A stretch of DNA of 64,000 nt, taken from positions 111,672,796 to 111,736,795 of the forward strand of contig NC_068986.1 in the NCBI RefSeq assembly GCF_001194135.2, given 5' to 3'. Made by a program: the position numbers and the translations under genes. The notes under the pieces were generated by a model. The model searched no databases, was not told the DNA's origin, and worked only from the letters and a program-made list of their open reading frames with translations. Source of the DNA: Octopus bimaculoides (Eukaryota). The stretch's first letter is position 1. The number at the start of each line of letters is the position of its first letter. Positions 13,611 to 27,114 of the stretch are shown here, piece by piece.

Positions 13611-14228
13611 ACTGAATAAATGGACAATTATCTTCTAAGATAGCCATGCTTTTCTAATTAACAACTAGAGAAATTTCGAGAAACAGAAACCATATGTATA
13701 TGGTTGAGTATAGGCGTGTAGATGCAGCAGGTAAGGAACCATGCAGCCTCAACTCATGAACACTAAAGCAAGTGCCTACTCACTCACGGTTCCGTGATTA
13801 AAATCATCCTGGACCACGTTTATTTACACATGCTATTACGAGCTACACATATCTCAGCAATAGCTGTTTGAATTCTTATATATANNNNNNNNNNNNNNNN
13901 NNNNNNNNNNNNNNNNNNNNNNNNNNNNNNNNNNNNNNNNNNNNNNNNNNNNNNNNNNNNNNNNNNNNNNNNNNNNNNNNNNNNNNNNNNNNNNNNNNNN
14001 NNNNNATATATATATATATATATATATATATACGCGCGTGCACACACACACACTCACATATAAATCCAGGGGTCGAGGTGTAGGAAGAAAATTAGCTTTG
14101 AGTAATCCGTAGTAAATATAAAAATCAACTTTCAGGTACAATAGCGGTTTATTCAGACGCATGGTTGTGAATTATTTTCATATCGAAGTACGATGAACAA
14201 AAGAAGTTCTTTTTATATTTTATATTTG

Positions 14229-14421
14229 CATACTGCAGACTCCTGTTCAGGCCGAGGATATCTTCATTAAATGAAATTTTACATAGTCACAAGAAGGTAC
14301 ATGTTACCACATGGAAGATTCAATCATTCAGACCGATTGAATCTTCCATGTACCTCTTTGCGATAATGTAATCATTCATTTAATCAAGATATCCTTGACC
14401 TGAAGAGCAGCTTGCAGCATA
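14229..14421. repeat. Imperfect foldback (87-bp arms, 9-nt loop) in a (TA)n-adjacent element
   Basis: Hand alignment gives 70/87 arm identity plus a 10-nt insertion in the left arm; inner stem catggaagattcaatc / gattgaatcttccatg around the loop attcagacc. Confidence 0.85.
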
Positions 14422-15885
14422 CATCTCACTTGGATATTTACCACTCTCGAAGTTCCGCTCGCTATGAAACATGTGTAGCCCGGGTCTTATCTATTCCATT
14501 CCGTAACTATTGTATATATGCGTGTGTATGTGTGTGTGTGTACGCACATACATATATATCTACATTGCAACGATGGTGTTTTTTATCTTAAAATAGGAGA
14601 AAACATTTATACATGCATATATAGACATACATATATGTGTGTACATATATATATATATGTATAATCGTTTCTTTGAAATGCATCGTGTTGCTTGTGTTTC
14701 GAATTTCGTAATTATTATTGAGGTCTATGAAATATATCTGTTTGCTCATAAGACCCGACCCAAATCTAAACTCATTTGCATTTGATGATGCAACCTATAG
14801 ATCTTCCTGCTATTCATATCATATGAAATATTCCCCACATAATAGTGCATATTCTTCAAGAAACCTAAAATCACCATCGCTTCCGGCCAATTCTTCGAAC
14901 CCAGAATATATATTTTATCAATTCTTGCTATAAATAATTAGGAATTCTTGAAACAAACCGTACGAAAATAAAGTGATACAGAGTTGGGTTGGGCAATTTG
15001 CTTTAACCAGACGTTAAACTCCTAGTTTGTATATTCATCTGTCGAAGTTTTCCATTTTCATTTGCTCCTGTGAACGGTACAGCGACGAATTTACACTCAT
15101 AAGTTGTTGTGATTGCTTAGTACCAGATAAGTTACCTAATTAACATACCGATAAACAAAAGTGTTCTAGAGAGAACTAAGTCGTCTTTTATATGTGGGGA
15201 ACTGTATTGTAGGAAGCGTTTTTCCATTTTGAAAACTGTTGTGTATAACGTGAGAAAAGTTGGGCCGCTTATGTTTAGACTTGAGAGAAATAAATGGAAC
15301 ACTGCTTTCTCGGCATCAATGAAAAAATTATAGCATTATCTAAGGCCAAAACAGTTCTGTTCAGATGACTTATTAAGTAATTCCAATGGTAACACAAAAT
15401 AGTACTCATTTTAGGGTTTGTAAACCTTGCTCGTGATGGTTAAATACACCAGATGTGAGTAACCAGTGCTTTATTCAGAACGATTATTTATGACTGCTTT
15501 AGTCACAGAACCATTTAAAAAAAAATATGGTAGTTTGTGATCTGAGGGAGATTAGAACATATCTGTAACTTATTTATACACATTATTGAAATATCTTTTT
15601 CAGTGAACATTCTATGGTGGCACATTAGGTTTTCCTTGATGACACTAATGAAATATCAAAGCAGTGGAGTACTCCAGAACTTAATCGGTTCGTATTTTAT
15701 CGGCCATAAAACGATGAAAATCAAACACGATTTTTGTCCGGCAAACAACGAATATTGTCGTAGCTCCATTTTGATTGTTCTACTAATAATAACAACAAGA
15801 ACAACAGTAAAAATAATAGCAAAAGCTACAGGAACATCAAAACCAAAAATATCACTAACAGTAAAAGGAAATAGCAATAATAAAA

Positions 15886-15927
<42 letters not shown>

Positions 15928-16840
15928 TTAATAATGGAAAGAAAAGTAAAAAAAAATGTGATGAGATTGTTTTTATCGTAACATTTCTCAATTAGTTTAG
16001 CACGGATCGATGTTGAAACATATTGATCAGTTCCAAAGTGATCTATAGCATAGACACTTTGGCGGTATGTGAGCGCGTTACTTTTCAATGTTCTTAGCAT
16101 TCCTCCTCTGTAGACAGCATTTCTGCAGGATTACATACTTTTGGCTCGTTAATCCGCCAAGATCTCGCTTTTCACGCAGCTTTCAGCCATATCAGAAGCC
16201 AGAGATTGTGGGTGAGGTGAGGAGCGAAGTGCATGTAGGAAGATTTAGAGAGGATAAAGAAACTACTTAACAAAGTTTAAATCGATAATCCATGTTGCAT
16301 GCCATGCTGATTGTCGTTTTATGTATGCATTTCCTGTAAACACAGGCTGACGCTTCTCCAGAAATTCAGGTCACCTTATTTAACACAACGGCACATATAT
16401 GCATACGCACATGTACACATACAAAACCGATGCATACATGTATATGTATACATACATGTATATATATACATACATGAATAAATGTGTATACAAAATAGAC
16501 ACCTATATGTATACATACATGTATGTATATATAGATATGTGTGAGAGTGTGTATGTGTGCAGGTTTGTATGCATGTATACATGTAGGTATGTATGCATAT
16601 ATTTATCTATGTGTACGGTAAGATGCCTGTGTATATATGTGTACATATTGTAAACGTATACCTTTCCTTCTCGCCTTATATGTCCCTGTCTCACACACAA
16701 CATATACGAACATGTGTACACGTGTATTGTTGTGCGTGAATACATGTATATATGTATATACATATACACACGCCCATGTATCTGAGTATATAAGTACGTA
16801 TGTAAACATATCTACACATACATATACACATACATATATA

Positions 16841-17269
16841 GCTGATAAAGGAATCAAAAGATGGATTTAATACGAATCTTTATTCATCACGACGATCGTT
16901 TCGACCCATCCTGCATCTGTCCGACAGGGATGGGATATTGTGCATTTGGCTGCGTTGCATCAATCAGTGCAGGCTGTCTCACTTCCGGCACTTGGTGTAG
17001 AACAAGATACCCCATCAAATATAGTGAAATCTCCTTGGCATGTTTTTTTTCTGGTTAGTTGTGCATTGGTACACTGAGAGAGCGTAGGATGGGACTAGCT
17101 AGAGTTGAACGTATAACATTACGTATAACCTCACAGTTGATTTACCGCAGGTTTATCGACGTGGATGCAGGAAAAATTCTAAAGTTACTGTGGATGACGT
17201 CAGATGGCTCAAACGGTGAATGTGCTTTCATTGGCATACTGATAGACATATAACCAATGTCCGAGTAGT

Positions 17270-17271
<2 letters not shown>
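16841..17271 (-). mobile_element. Non-coding element bounded by TA-rich repeats on both sides, possibly PLE-derived
   Basis: A 430-bp complex-sequence block between TA-rich tracts. On the minus strand it ends GAAAC-GATC-GTC-gtgatg-AATAAA, resembling the 3' half of a hammerhead followed by a polyA signal. Confidence 0.45.
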
Positions 17272-17301
<30 letters not shown>

Positions 17302-17558
17302 NNNNNNNNNNNNNNNNNNNNNNNNNNNNNNNNNNNNNNNNNNNNNNNNNNNNNNNNNNNNNNNNNNNNNNNNNNNNNNNNNNNNNNNNNNNNNNNNNNN
17401 NNNNNNNNNNNNNNNNNNNNNNNNNNNNNNNNNNNNNNNNNNNNNNNNNNNNNNNNNNNATATATATGCAGAAGTGGAGAGAGTGTGGGATAGAGAGAGA
17501 GAGGAACTATCCACTTAGCTAAGGATTCCCGATTCAGCACAATACTCGCTGCTTCAAA

Positions 17559-18130
17559 GGCGGCGAACTGGTAGAAACGTCAGCACGCCGGGCGAAATGC
17601 TCAGCGGTATTTCGTCTACCGTTACGTTCTGAGTTCAAATTCCGCCGAGGTCGACTTTGCCTTTCATCCTTTCGGGGTCGATAAATTAAGTACCAGTTAC
17701 GCACTGGGGTCGATGTAATCGACTTAATACGTTCGTCTGTTCTTGTTTGTTCCCTCTATGTTTAGCCCCTTGTGGGCAATAATGAAATAGGTATCTCGTC
17801 TGCCGTTACATTCTGAGTTCAAATTCTGCTGCGATCGACTTTGCCTTTCATCCTTTCGGGATCGGTAAATTAAGTACCAGTTGCGTACTGGTGTCGAAAA
17901 TATGAGCCCTTATGCCTAGAGTAGAAAAGAATCGTTAGCACGTCGGGCAGAATATTTCGAGGCTTTTCGTCTGCCTTGACATTCTGAGTTCAAATTCCGA
18001 CGATGTCGACTTTGCGCTTCATTTACTCGGTGTTGATATAATAAGTACGAGTTAAGTACCGAGGTGGGTGTAATGGACATGCCCCCTCCCCCAAATTTCA
18101 GTCCTAACTCCTATAGTAGAAAGGATTATT
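17559..18130 (+). mobile_element. Head-to-tail trimer of family A SINEs
   Basis: Copy 1 (17559-17789) is full length with tail a. Copy 2 (17790-17932) starts at ggtatctcgtct and has tail b. Copy 3 (17929-18130) starts at gaatcgttagca and ends atagtagaaaggattatt. Each has the gttcaaatt B box. Confidence 0.9.
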
Positions 18131-18938
18131 TTCAAATAACAATAAAAAGAATTTTATTCTATTTTCTTATGGATAATCTTTTTTACCGGCAGAATGGCCC
18201 TTCATCTACGTCGTCTTAAACTTTTGTCGTTTCAATTGTCATTTCGTTGGTCTTTCTGCTTATATTTGCCATTTTAGCTATTATATCCGAATTGGACTTC
18301 AACAGATTTTATGTCAATTTTAACTTTCTTATTTCATTTGTTTCCTGTGAGAAAGATATTTTCGAATAGAAATGTTTTAAACGTTCCTCTGGATGTACCG
18401 AAAGCATGTTCATAATCGAGGAGATTCTTTGTAAGTTACAATTTGGGGTGAGATTTCTTGTTGTGGTGGTTGAATAGATTTAAAGATATATAAATATGTG
18501 TATAATTGTTAAATCTATCTTAATAATCGCTTAAAGTTTACGTCATATTGTATATATAGCCATGGGAGATTGCAAGAAATAAGCGAAACACTTGAGACAA
18601 TAATCGCGTTACGTCGATGATTCAGAAGAGGATTTTAGATAAGGTTAATATAGAAAAAGAAAGAATTAAAATTTAGAGCTTTTGACAAAGACATAGAAAA
18701 TAAATTGTTTCATTCGTGTTCACTAATCGTTTGGTGGTGTGTCTTTATAACTTATTTAGTATTTTTCTGTCTGAATATTTGATAAGTTTAAGATGGGAAA
18801 GAAAAATGCGGAAAGAATGAAAATGAAATATGCGCTATATATTTGTTTGCAACTCATTCGCAGTATCCTCATATCGCTGTTCGTGTGTGTGGACCCATAT
18901 TGCCATACGTGCATATGAGAGAGGGAGAGGAAAAAGTG

Positions 18939-18985
<47 letters not shown>

Positions 18986-19908
18986 CGAAGCATAGTTTGA
19001 TGAGAATTCAAGAGACATCTCCAATCTTCAGCTGTCAAATACCTCACACATTTTACAGACTGAGAATAATTACATTAAAATCCAAGGCAGTTTTCTAAGA
19101 CGCAAACATTTGAAGACGAAGAGTGGTCGGGCCCTTGGCAGTTATATGCTTGTTGCAAATTTCCATTTGGTGACTCAATTTTCTTCACCTTTTTTTATCA
19201 TCCGTTGCAGTTATTGTTCTCTATTTCACTCCCCCTCTTAATTCTCTCTCGTTTTAAAACTCGCGTCGTCGATTGCTACCCATGCTATTTTAGTTTTTAT
19301 AGAAAGACAATGTGCTTCAATTGCTTAAATTTTCGGCTCACAAATGTTTCCCTTTCCCATTGCTCATCCTTAACTGTACAGGCATTCAAGAAGTAATTGA
19401 AGAAATTTCCACACGATCAATTTCAAAATATATCACACAGACTCACTAAAGGAAGCGGCTATATTGTCGGCGTTCTTTGTCATTTCTACTTTTAATAAAA
19501 CGGTGTTTTATCCTCATAAATGCCTAATCTCGTGCCAAAGCGACTCAGGCCTTTGATGCTTTTCCCCAGTCTCGTTGTTCCAGCAATCATATCACCAGTA
19601 TTAAACATTACGGCGAATGTTATTTTTCTCAGAACGTCCACTCACTGAAATCCCCTCCGAAGGCATTTAACGAAGTTGTGGTCTCATAAATAGAGATATA
19701 AGATTGACATTAAGGCACACGCATCACAGGCCCGGCTTTTATATATACATATAATATATATATTTATTTTATTTACTTATTTATTCATATGTTTGTTTAT
19801 ATTTTATATATATATGTGTTTGTGTATGAATTTATGTATTTATGTGTGATTTTATATGTATGTATGCATAAATACATATATTTGCATACTTATAGACATA
19901 TCTATATC

Positions 19909-19967
<59 letters not shown>

Positions 19968-20439
19968 ATACACATGTACACACAAGTGTGTGCGTATGCG
20001 TGTATGTCTGAGGGAGACAGACTGAGAGAGAGAGAGAAATGGAGAGATAGATAAATAGAGAGAGAGAGAAAGAGAAATTGTCTCAGCCTTTAGAAGAAAC
20101 ACTATACAATTTCATGGTTGAGCATAATCTATTATTTCGGATGATCCAGTCGACCGGTACACTTTTGTTGTCTCTATGTCTCGTCAGTTCATTGGAAAGT
20201 ATAAACATTGTTATCTCTTCCGTTCGATGAACCAAGCATAGTTTGGAAAACACCACAGTTGATGGGGATGTCTCGTGTTGAAAGACCCGAAACGAAATAT
20301 GATCTAAGCGACGTCATTTATGGGGTGTCCTAGTCCATAATGTGCATCTTGCACACGCACAAATACTCACACCGACATACATAAATATAAACACATAAAT
20401 TTACAACTACGTACAAACAAATATATGTATATATTGTGG

Positions 20440-20484
<45 letters not shown>

Positions 20485-21389
20485 GCACTACACAGATATA
20501 TATATATATTATTATACGTGTATGTATGTATGTATATATATATATGCATATATATATATGCCTATATATATATGCCTATATATATATACATATATATATA
20601 TATGCATATATATATATGCCTATATATATATACATATACATATCTATAAATAATTATACANNNNNNNNNNNNNNNNNNNNNNNNNNNNNNNNNNNNNNNN
20701 NNNNNNNNNNNNNNNNNNNNNNNNNNNNNNNNNNNNNNNNNNNNNNNNNNNNNNNNNNNNNNNNNNNNNNNNNNNNNACACACACATATATATATATATA
20801 TATATATTGCAAACAGAATGGTAGAGGTACAGAGAGAGGGAGACAGAGATATACGTTTACCTAGGAATCTAAATGGCGTGAAGAAACATATGAATGTCAA
20901 AAGTCATTTCGAAAATGTACAATTTTCTCAATATACATTTAAGGGTCAGTCACCTTATATTATTAAATGTCTTTGTCTACAAAACGCTATCACCTCTTCT
21001 GTCAAAGCTTGCAGTATTGAAATATCGATTTGGCAGGTGAGGACCCTTAGCCATTAATGTACGAAATACAATTTCTGTTAGTAAACATATTTAAGACAAT
21101 ATACTGAAGTAAAAAAAAGTAAATTAAATAATTAGCTATAAAAATACATCATATAAAAAAATCAAAAGAGAAATATTCTTCGTGATAGAATAATATTAGA
21201 TTAAATTAAATGGTGTTCCAGAATGATATTTAACATGAAATCTTCTAGGAAACAGAGTCTTCTGTTGATTTGTTAGATTTTCGTGTTACCACAATATTGT
21301 CAGCGAACGTATTTTGCGGAAGAATGTATCGAATATCTCGTCACCTCATGCCACTATTATATTTATCATTTAACGTGTGTGTGTGTGTG

Positions 21390-21429
<40 letters not shown>

Positions 21430-22429
21430 CGCGCGCGAGTGTATGTATGTATGTATGTATGCATGCATGTATGTGTATATATAACGTACATATACAAATA
21501 TACACATACAGACACACACAGACACGCGCACGCAAATATTTATATAACAAAGATGAACGCCTGTGAGTCGAGAAAAAGGTTCGACCATGTAGAAAAAAAA
21601 ATACCAGAAGTTAATTATTGTGTAAAATTTTCCAAGAAAGAAAAATGCATTTGATCTCGAGTCTCCGGGTTTCCCCCTAAGGGAGCTACGATCCCTTTTC
21701 CAAAATTTTGTACATGGAACAGACCACGCAACCCACAAAAAGAAAAAAAGAATAACCGGTCGAAGGAAGATAACTAAATAAAATTTAAGGGAAAAATTAA
21801 CGTGAAATGTCATAGAGGCCGCAATAACGTGTGTCTGTGGAAAAGAGCGAACATGATTTAATTCATTTAGTTTTAATACCTTCCAGTCTGTCCTTGAAGT
21901 TCAAAACGGAGAAAACCAAAAACATAAATAGAAATTTATTGAACTTAAGTATTGCAACAAACAAGAATACAAATAGCTTTTCTTAGATGAATATAGTATG
22001 ATGATGAGAAAATCAATTCAAAGTTATTATTCATTCTACAAATTTAATTTGCTGATCCCATGCTAAAGCTTCCTTATAGACAATGTTTTGTGTTCTACAA
22101 GTAGGGGCGAAAAGGAAAAGATTATTCTTGCTTCCCACTCTGTAAGCCCCAAAATATAATACAGCATGTGAAAAACATCGAAAAAAACAGACGTGTTGGA
22201 AAGTGAAGTCGTTTGAACTCGAAGGGCATATTGGCCGATATTAAAGGTGAGGAATATCAACATCTCCTGCTTTTCAGAGACAAATGATTGTGGGTTCTAT
22301 GACATTTCCGTCAATTTCTTCAACTCTTGTGTCATTGCATAGCTTTGTTTCAGAAAAGTTTGGCCTATTCTCTATTGAAGGCAACCCCCTATATGTAAAA
22401 TATAAACACACATATATATATATACTCTT

Positions 22430-22612
22430 TATTCTTTTACTATCTTTTACTTGTTTCATTCAATTGACTGTGTCCATGCTGGAGCACCGCCTTTAATCGA
22501 ATAAATCGACCCCAGGACTTACTCTTTTTAAGTCTAATACTTATTATATCGTTCTCTTTTGCGAACTGCTAAATTACGGGGACGTAAACACACCACCATC
22601 GGTTGTCAAACA
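22430..22612 (-). mobile_element. SINE family B, 3' half
   Basis: cttttacttgtttcattcaattgactgtgtccatgctggagcaccgcc...gacgtaaacacaccaccatcggttgtcaa matches 10916-11100 and abuts a CA/TA tract. Confidence 0.8.
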
Positions 22613-22637
22613 CACACACACACACACAAACACACAG

Positions 22638-22673
<36 letters not shown>

Positions 22674-22812
22674 GTCGATATACATATATATATATATATA
22701 TATATATGCATAGACACATATATACAGATACATATAAATACATACACACATATCTATTAGTAATATCCATAGCCTCTTATGTATGTCTATCTGGACGGGG
22801 TTAAGAAATAAC

Positions 22813-23214
22813 AGTAAAGTCCGTTCGATCAGACAGCTATGTTCAAGTGGCTACGAACATTACTTGCTAGTACAATCACAACGTTGATCTCTTATAGTGA
22901 TCTTAGACCTACCATTCTTGTTTGTTGGAAAATCAGCGACAGTATGTAGCATAAAACTAGATATATTGCGAGTAGAAGCGATCTACTGCTATGACTGTCA
23001 GATGAGGTATCCAGTACTGAATAGAAGCAGAAATTTCCCGAAACAAGTCTGGTCCCGTCACCAGAAAGTGGTAGGGTTCGCTCCACTGCTCGCAATATCT
23101 TGGATGCAGCTCTACATTGTCGACCAGCTAGAGGATATGGCCTCTTGTGGTTAAATAATCATAGTAAAGTCCGTTCGAAATGACAGACATGTTGAAGTGG
23201 CTACGAACATTACT
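22813..23214. repeat. 52-bp direct repeat pair, period 350 bp
   Basis: 22813-22864 and 23163-23214 match 46/52 without gaps (agtaaagtccgttcga...aagtggctacgaacattact). Confidence 0.85.
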
Positions 23215-26200
23215 AACAAATATTAATCACACACACACACATACGTGCACACATATACACACACACACCATCCTAACAAATATAAAACACACAAAGACCA
23301 CAATAAACACACACGCCACAATAAGCCCTGGGACCAATGAAAAACGGCTCTCACACACACAAACACATGTATACACACCCACACACACACACACATACAC
23401 ACACATAGAGACATGCACATAGACATTCTGACTTCTTAGACCAGTCCCCAAAACTACTGAATCATGACAGACTAGCCCCAAAACAAAAAAAAACCCTTTT
23501 AATTCTACATTGCTCTTCCTTCTCCCACCCCAACCAGCCCCCCACACGTATGTGTGTTCCTTAAAATAGCAAACATTCCCTAGATACAAACAAAAGAGAA
23601 AGCATGTTAAAAAGACGGGTCAGTTTCTCTCCAATTTTTTGTAAATTCTTAAATATATCTCCTGAGTATATATATATATATATACTACCAAACACTTTCT
23701 GTTGAATACTCTCGTTTAAACTGTTTTAAACATATTCTTATTATTATCAAAGAGTGTATATATGTAGTTTAATACTCTTAATACTTATGTGACAACCAAA
23801 GCTTATATAAAGCTTTACATTGTACTTTTGACAACCTTTTTCTAAAAAAGTGAAACCGGTCAAGTGAATAAACATCTTTAAAATTGCATATCCACTTCAG
23901 TCGGCTTTGGCATTCTGCTTCCACGTGCAATAATGTACGACTGATTTTCCAGCGAAACCACTATTATAATTAAACATAATCGTCTCCTTTATATGTGAAC
24001 TCATTCTCGTTTTAGAAATCATTAGAATACTTACCATTCTTAAAATGTTGTCATTACAGTCTTTTATTCCTCCAGGAATGACATTTGATATGGCATTGAA
24101 TATGGCGTTAAACCATGCGTTTAAAAGCTTCATGTCATATATTCCTTGCTTATTTATTATGTTATCCTGCTGTTATACGATAGTGCCTGTCATACATATT
24201 CCCATCTACCATTAATCACCAACTCTTATATGTCTGTCATTTAAAGAAATTAAATGAGCTTCTTCATCTGAAGTGAGTAAAATTTAGCCCACGCCTGAAA
24301 TTTCAGCCTCTTTCACTTTGGAAATAGAATACTGTAGAAACTTTTGAAATACAAAAAGATGAAAATATATCATACAAAATGAACGACGGAACCTATAAAA
24401 CAAACCTCCATTTTATCTTAATTTGTATACCCATCAACATTTAAAATCTTCGATTCATAATCTTTCGAATTATAAAGGCGGTTCATGGGCAAGACGGTTA
24501 CAGTTTCGGAAATAGTACCACATATTTATATTTTAAGCTCCAGATCACATTTGCGTATCTAGGTGTGGCTTTCGTTTCCATTTCCACGTTGGTATGTCAA
24601 AATGGCTTCTTTCTAACGTAACTTTCCGTGTTTATGAAGAAAATGTTATTGTTTCTATTCGTCAACTTTTTTCGTTATATCCTGCTTCTCAACACTGTTA
24701 TTTTATTGCTGTTATTATTGTACTATGCGTCATTTCTCTCTGAATTCGCTAAAGCTTTTTATTTTATAGTTTTCTGTTATTTCAATTATAACTTCCGGTT
24801 ACGCAGATTTGTCATACTGTTTCTCTGTTCACTTCGTTGAACAATATGTTTTCCTCGGACGATTTTCTTGTATCCGGTTTCCGTAGACATTCAATTCTGC
24901 GATTTCCATCGATATCTGGTCACCAGGTATTTACTTCGACTGTCGATTTACAGCAGTTTAAGAAAATAATTTTTTTTTTCGGAACCTAACACCGAGTATC
25001 CATATATTCTGTTAAGTGATTCTTTTTTTTTTTTTTTAAGTTAAAATAATTAGGTTTAATCCTTAATATTTTAAACTTACAGATTGCTGTAGTCACTATC
25101 TTTTTTTACACTGAAAATTCAATAATTCGTTTTACATTCAAGTTTTTCTTTTAACCCAATATTCTATATACTAATATTTATGAATTTATCCACTTCAGAT
25201 TCCAGTGTAAAAAAGAATTTTTTTAAAAATCCTATTGCATAAAATATCATTTAGTTGATATTTCACTTTACTTGTGTATAAATTTGATTTACTGGTATAC
25301 GAATTAGCAAATTCACTAACGTGTCGGATATCATAACAAAATATCTTTACGCCTCACTACATTCAGAATTAAAATTTCATTGAAATCAAAATTGTATTTA
25401 ATATTTAGGAGTGAAAAATATACTGCGTCAATTTCATTTTGAGTGATTGGCTGAATTAATTCCGAAATATTTGTCTTTGTGCCAATCTAAGAATTTAATA
25501 ATTTTTCCAGCATTATGTAGCGTTTATTGTATATTTATAATGCATTGCACAACGTTTCCAGAGAGTAAACTTGCTGCCCCTTTCGCTGAGGTTCTATAGG
25601 ACCAATTGCAAATGAAATATAAATCAACCTCTGTCGTTTAGGTAATTTAGCTTTAGAATAATTTATGATAAAGAAGAAATTATGTTCTGAGGTTACATGG
25701 TATTTGTGACATATCCGCCAAAACACCTTCAACGAAAAGTTTTATATCTTGAAATAAAAATGCAAATTGAATTATGCGAACGTGTATACAAGTTAGCAGA
25801 AAAAGAAGTCCCGGATGACTCTAGCTTTAACACAATTAATTGTAGCTTGAGTCACTTTGATCTGGTTGACCGTTCATCAACTAAAATTGGATTCATTAAA
25901 GAATAATAATTTTGAAATGCATCGATCTGAAATACATAATGATCAGTCGTTCGTTTTCATGCAGAAACCTCATGCAAACCGCTACAATTGTTATATCTTT
26001 ATTGTTTACGTTTAACAGACTTCTTAACTATGGGACTTCAGTTATTCTTAATGACAGAGCACAGGTATAGTCCTGTTAAGACATCCACATTGATAGTCTT
26101 TGGTTCCATGCGCCTTCAAAAGTCAGTTCTCATCGCCAATCAGGTGTTATTTTAAATTGCTCGACAGATCAGATTGTATGTGAGGACTTGGTTAATGAAA

Positions 26201-27114
26201 TTCTACTATAGCCAAATCTCCACTTAATTCTTGCATAGGAAATCGGTTTGACCCTTCGTATGAGAATTCCGTCAGATGTATTTTCCATATTAATGGATAG
26301 GATGATAGAGCTAATCCGACAGCTAATCTAGGACCAACACTTGGTTCTTGGGTGCCTTTAGCGGAGAGAAGTCTTGTACTTCGTAATTATGTAGTCCCGG
26401 TGTCACATCTGGAGACATTTTCCTTTCTTTCGGCCACAATTACGGAAGCCCTGGAATGACATTCTGGTGGCTGTCTTTACGCTTTTGGCTACTATTATTA
26501 TAAAAGCACGAAAGTTGTAATTATGTAATTAACATTGAATACTAATAGCATTTTGCTTGAAGAGTGTCAGCATTAAATTATATGTTGATTTCTTCAAGTC
26601 AATTGAATTGAACATTAGATTCTTAGCTGTAATTGTCTAGTTTCGTTACAACTATTGATTGCTCCTTAGACATCAGATTCGTTAACCTAAACATTAATGC
26701 CTGCTTCTCCGAAGCCTGTGGATTTCTGTGCTTGAGCTATTGCAAATAATGAATGTTCAAAGAGATTTCTCTTGAGTAATCATGTCTTTTATTATTAACT
26801 GTTTAACAAGTTGTGGTCTGAGAGATTAACGCTATCACTGAAATTCTAACTGAAGTCCATGCCCAGTCGATATCCAGTTGCATTCAACATAACCCTCCCA
26901 TGGGAGTGTCTAAGCTTAGGAATGTAACGAAGTAATGTTGGAACAATGAAATGTAAACAAGGTGATAAAACGTCATCCGTTTAAATCCAGAAGTATTATT
27001 TTATAACTTCCAGCCCTAAAGCTGTGGTCATGCTGGGGCACCGTCTGTATAATCATCCTTTCAATGACTTATTTTAGTGAAAGAGGGAGTTCAAATCTGC
27101 TGCCCTATATATAT

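Noticed and set aside
17559-17650. tRNA gene
   Set aside because: A and B boxes and ggcgg/ccgcc pairing are present, but the spacing is too long for a cloverleaf and the sequence continues into a SINE body; it is a tRNA-derived SINE head.
20255-20300. ttgatgg...gtct..agaccc-GAAAC hammerhead-like motif
   Set aside because: Two core substitutions and no stem III or NUH triplet; too decayed to call.
24480-24960. Purine-rich minus-strand stretch that looks coding
   Set aside because: Stops occur in all frames and I recognise no family motif.
25697-25960. Possible Tc1/mariner catalytic-region remnant (PDDSSF..SHFDL)
   Set aside because: The similarity is too weak, and no WPPRSPDL-type motif or TIR was found.
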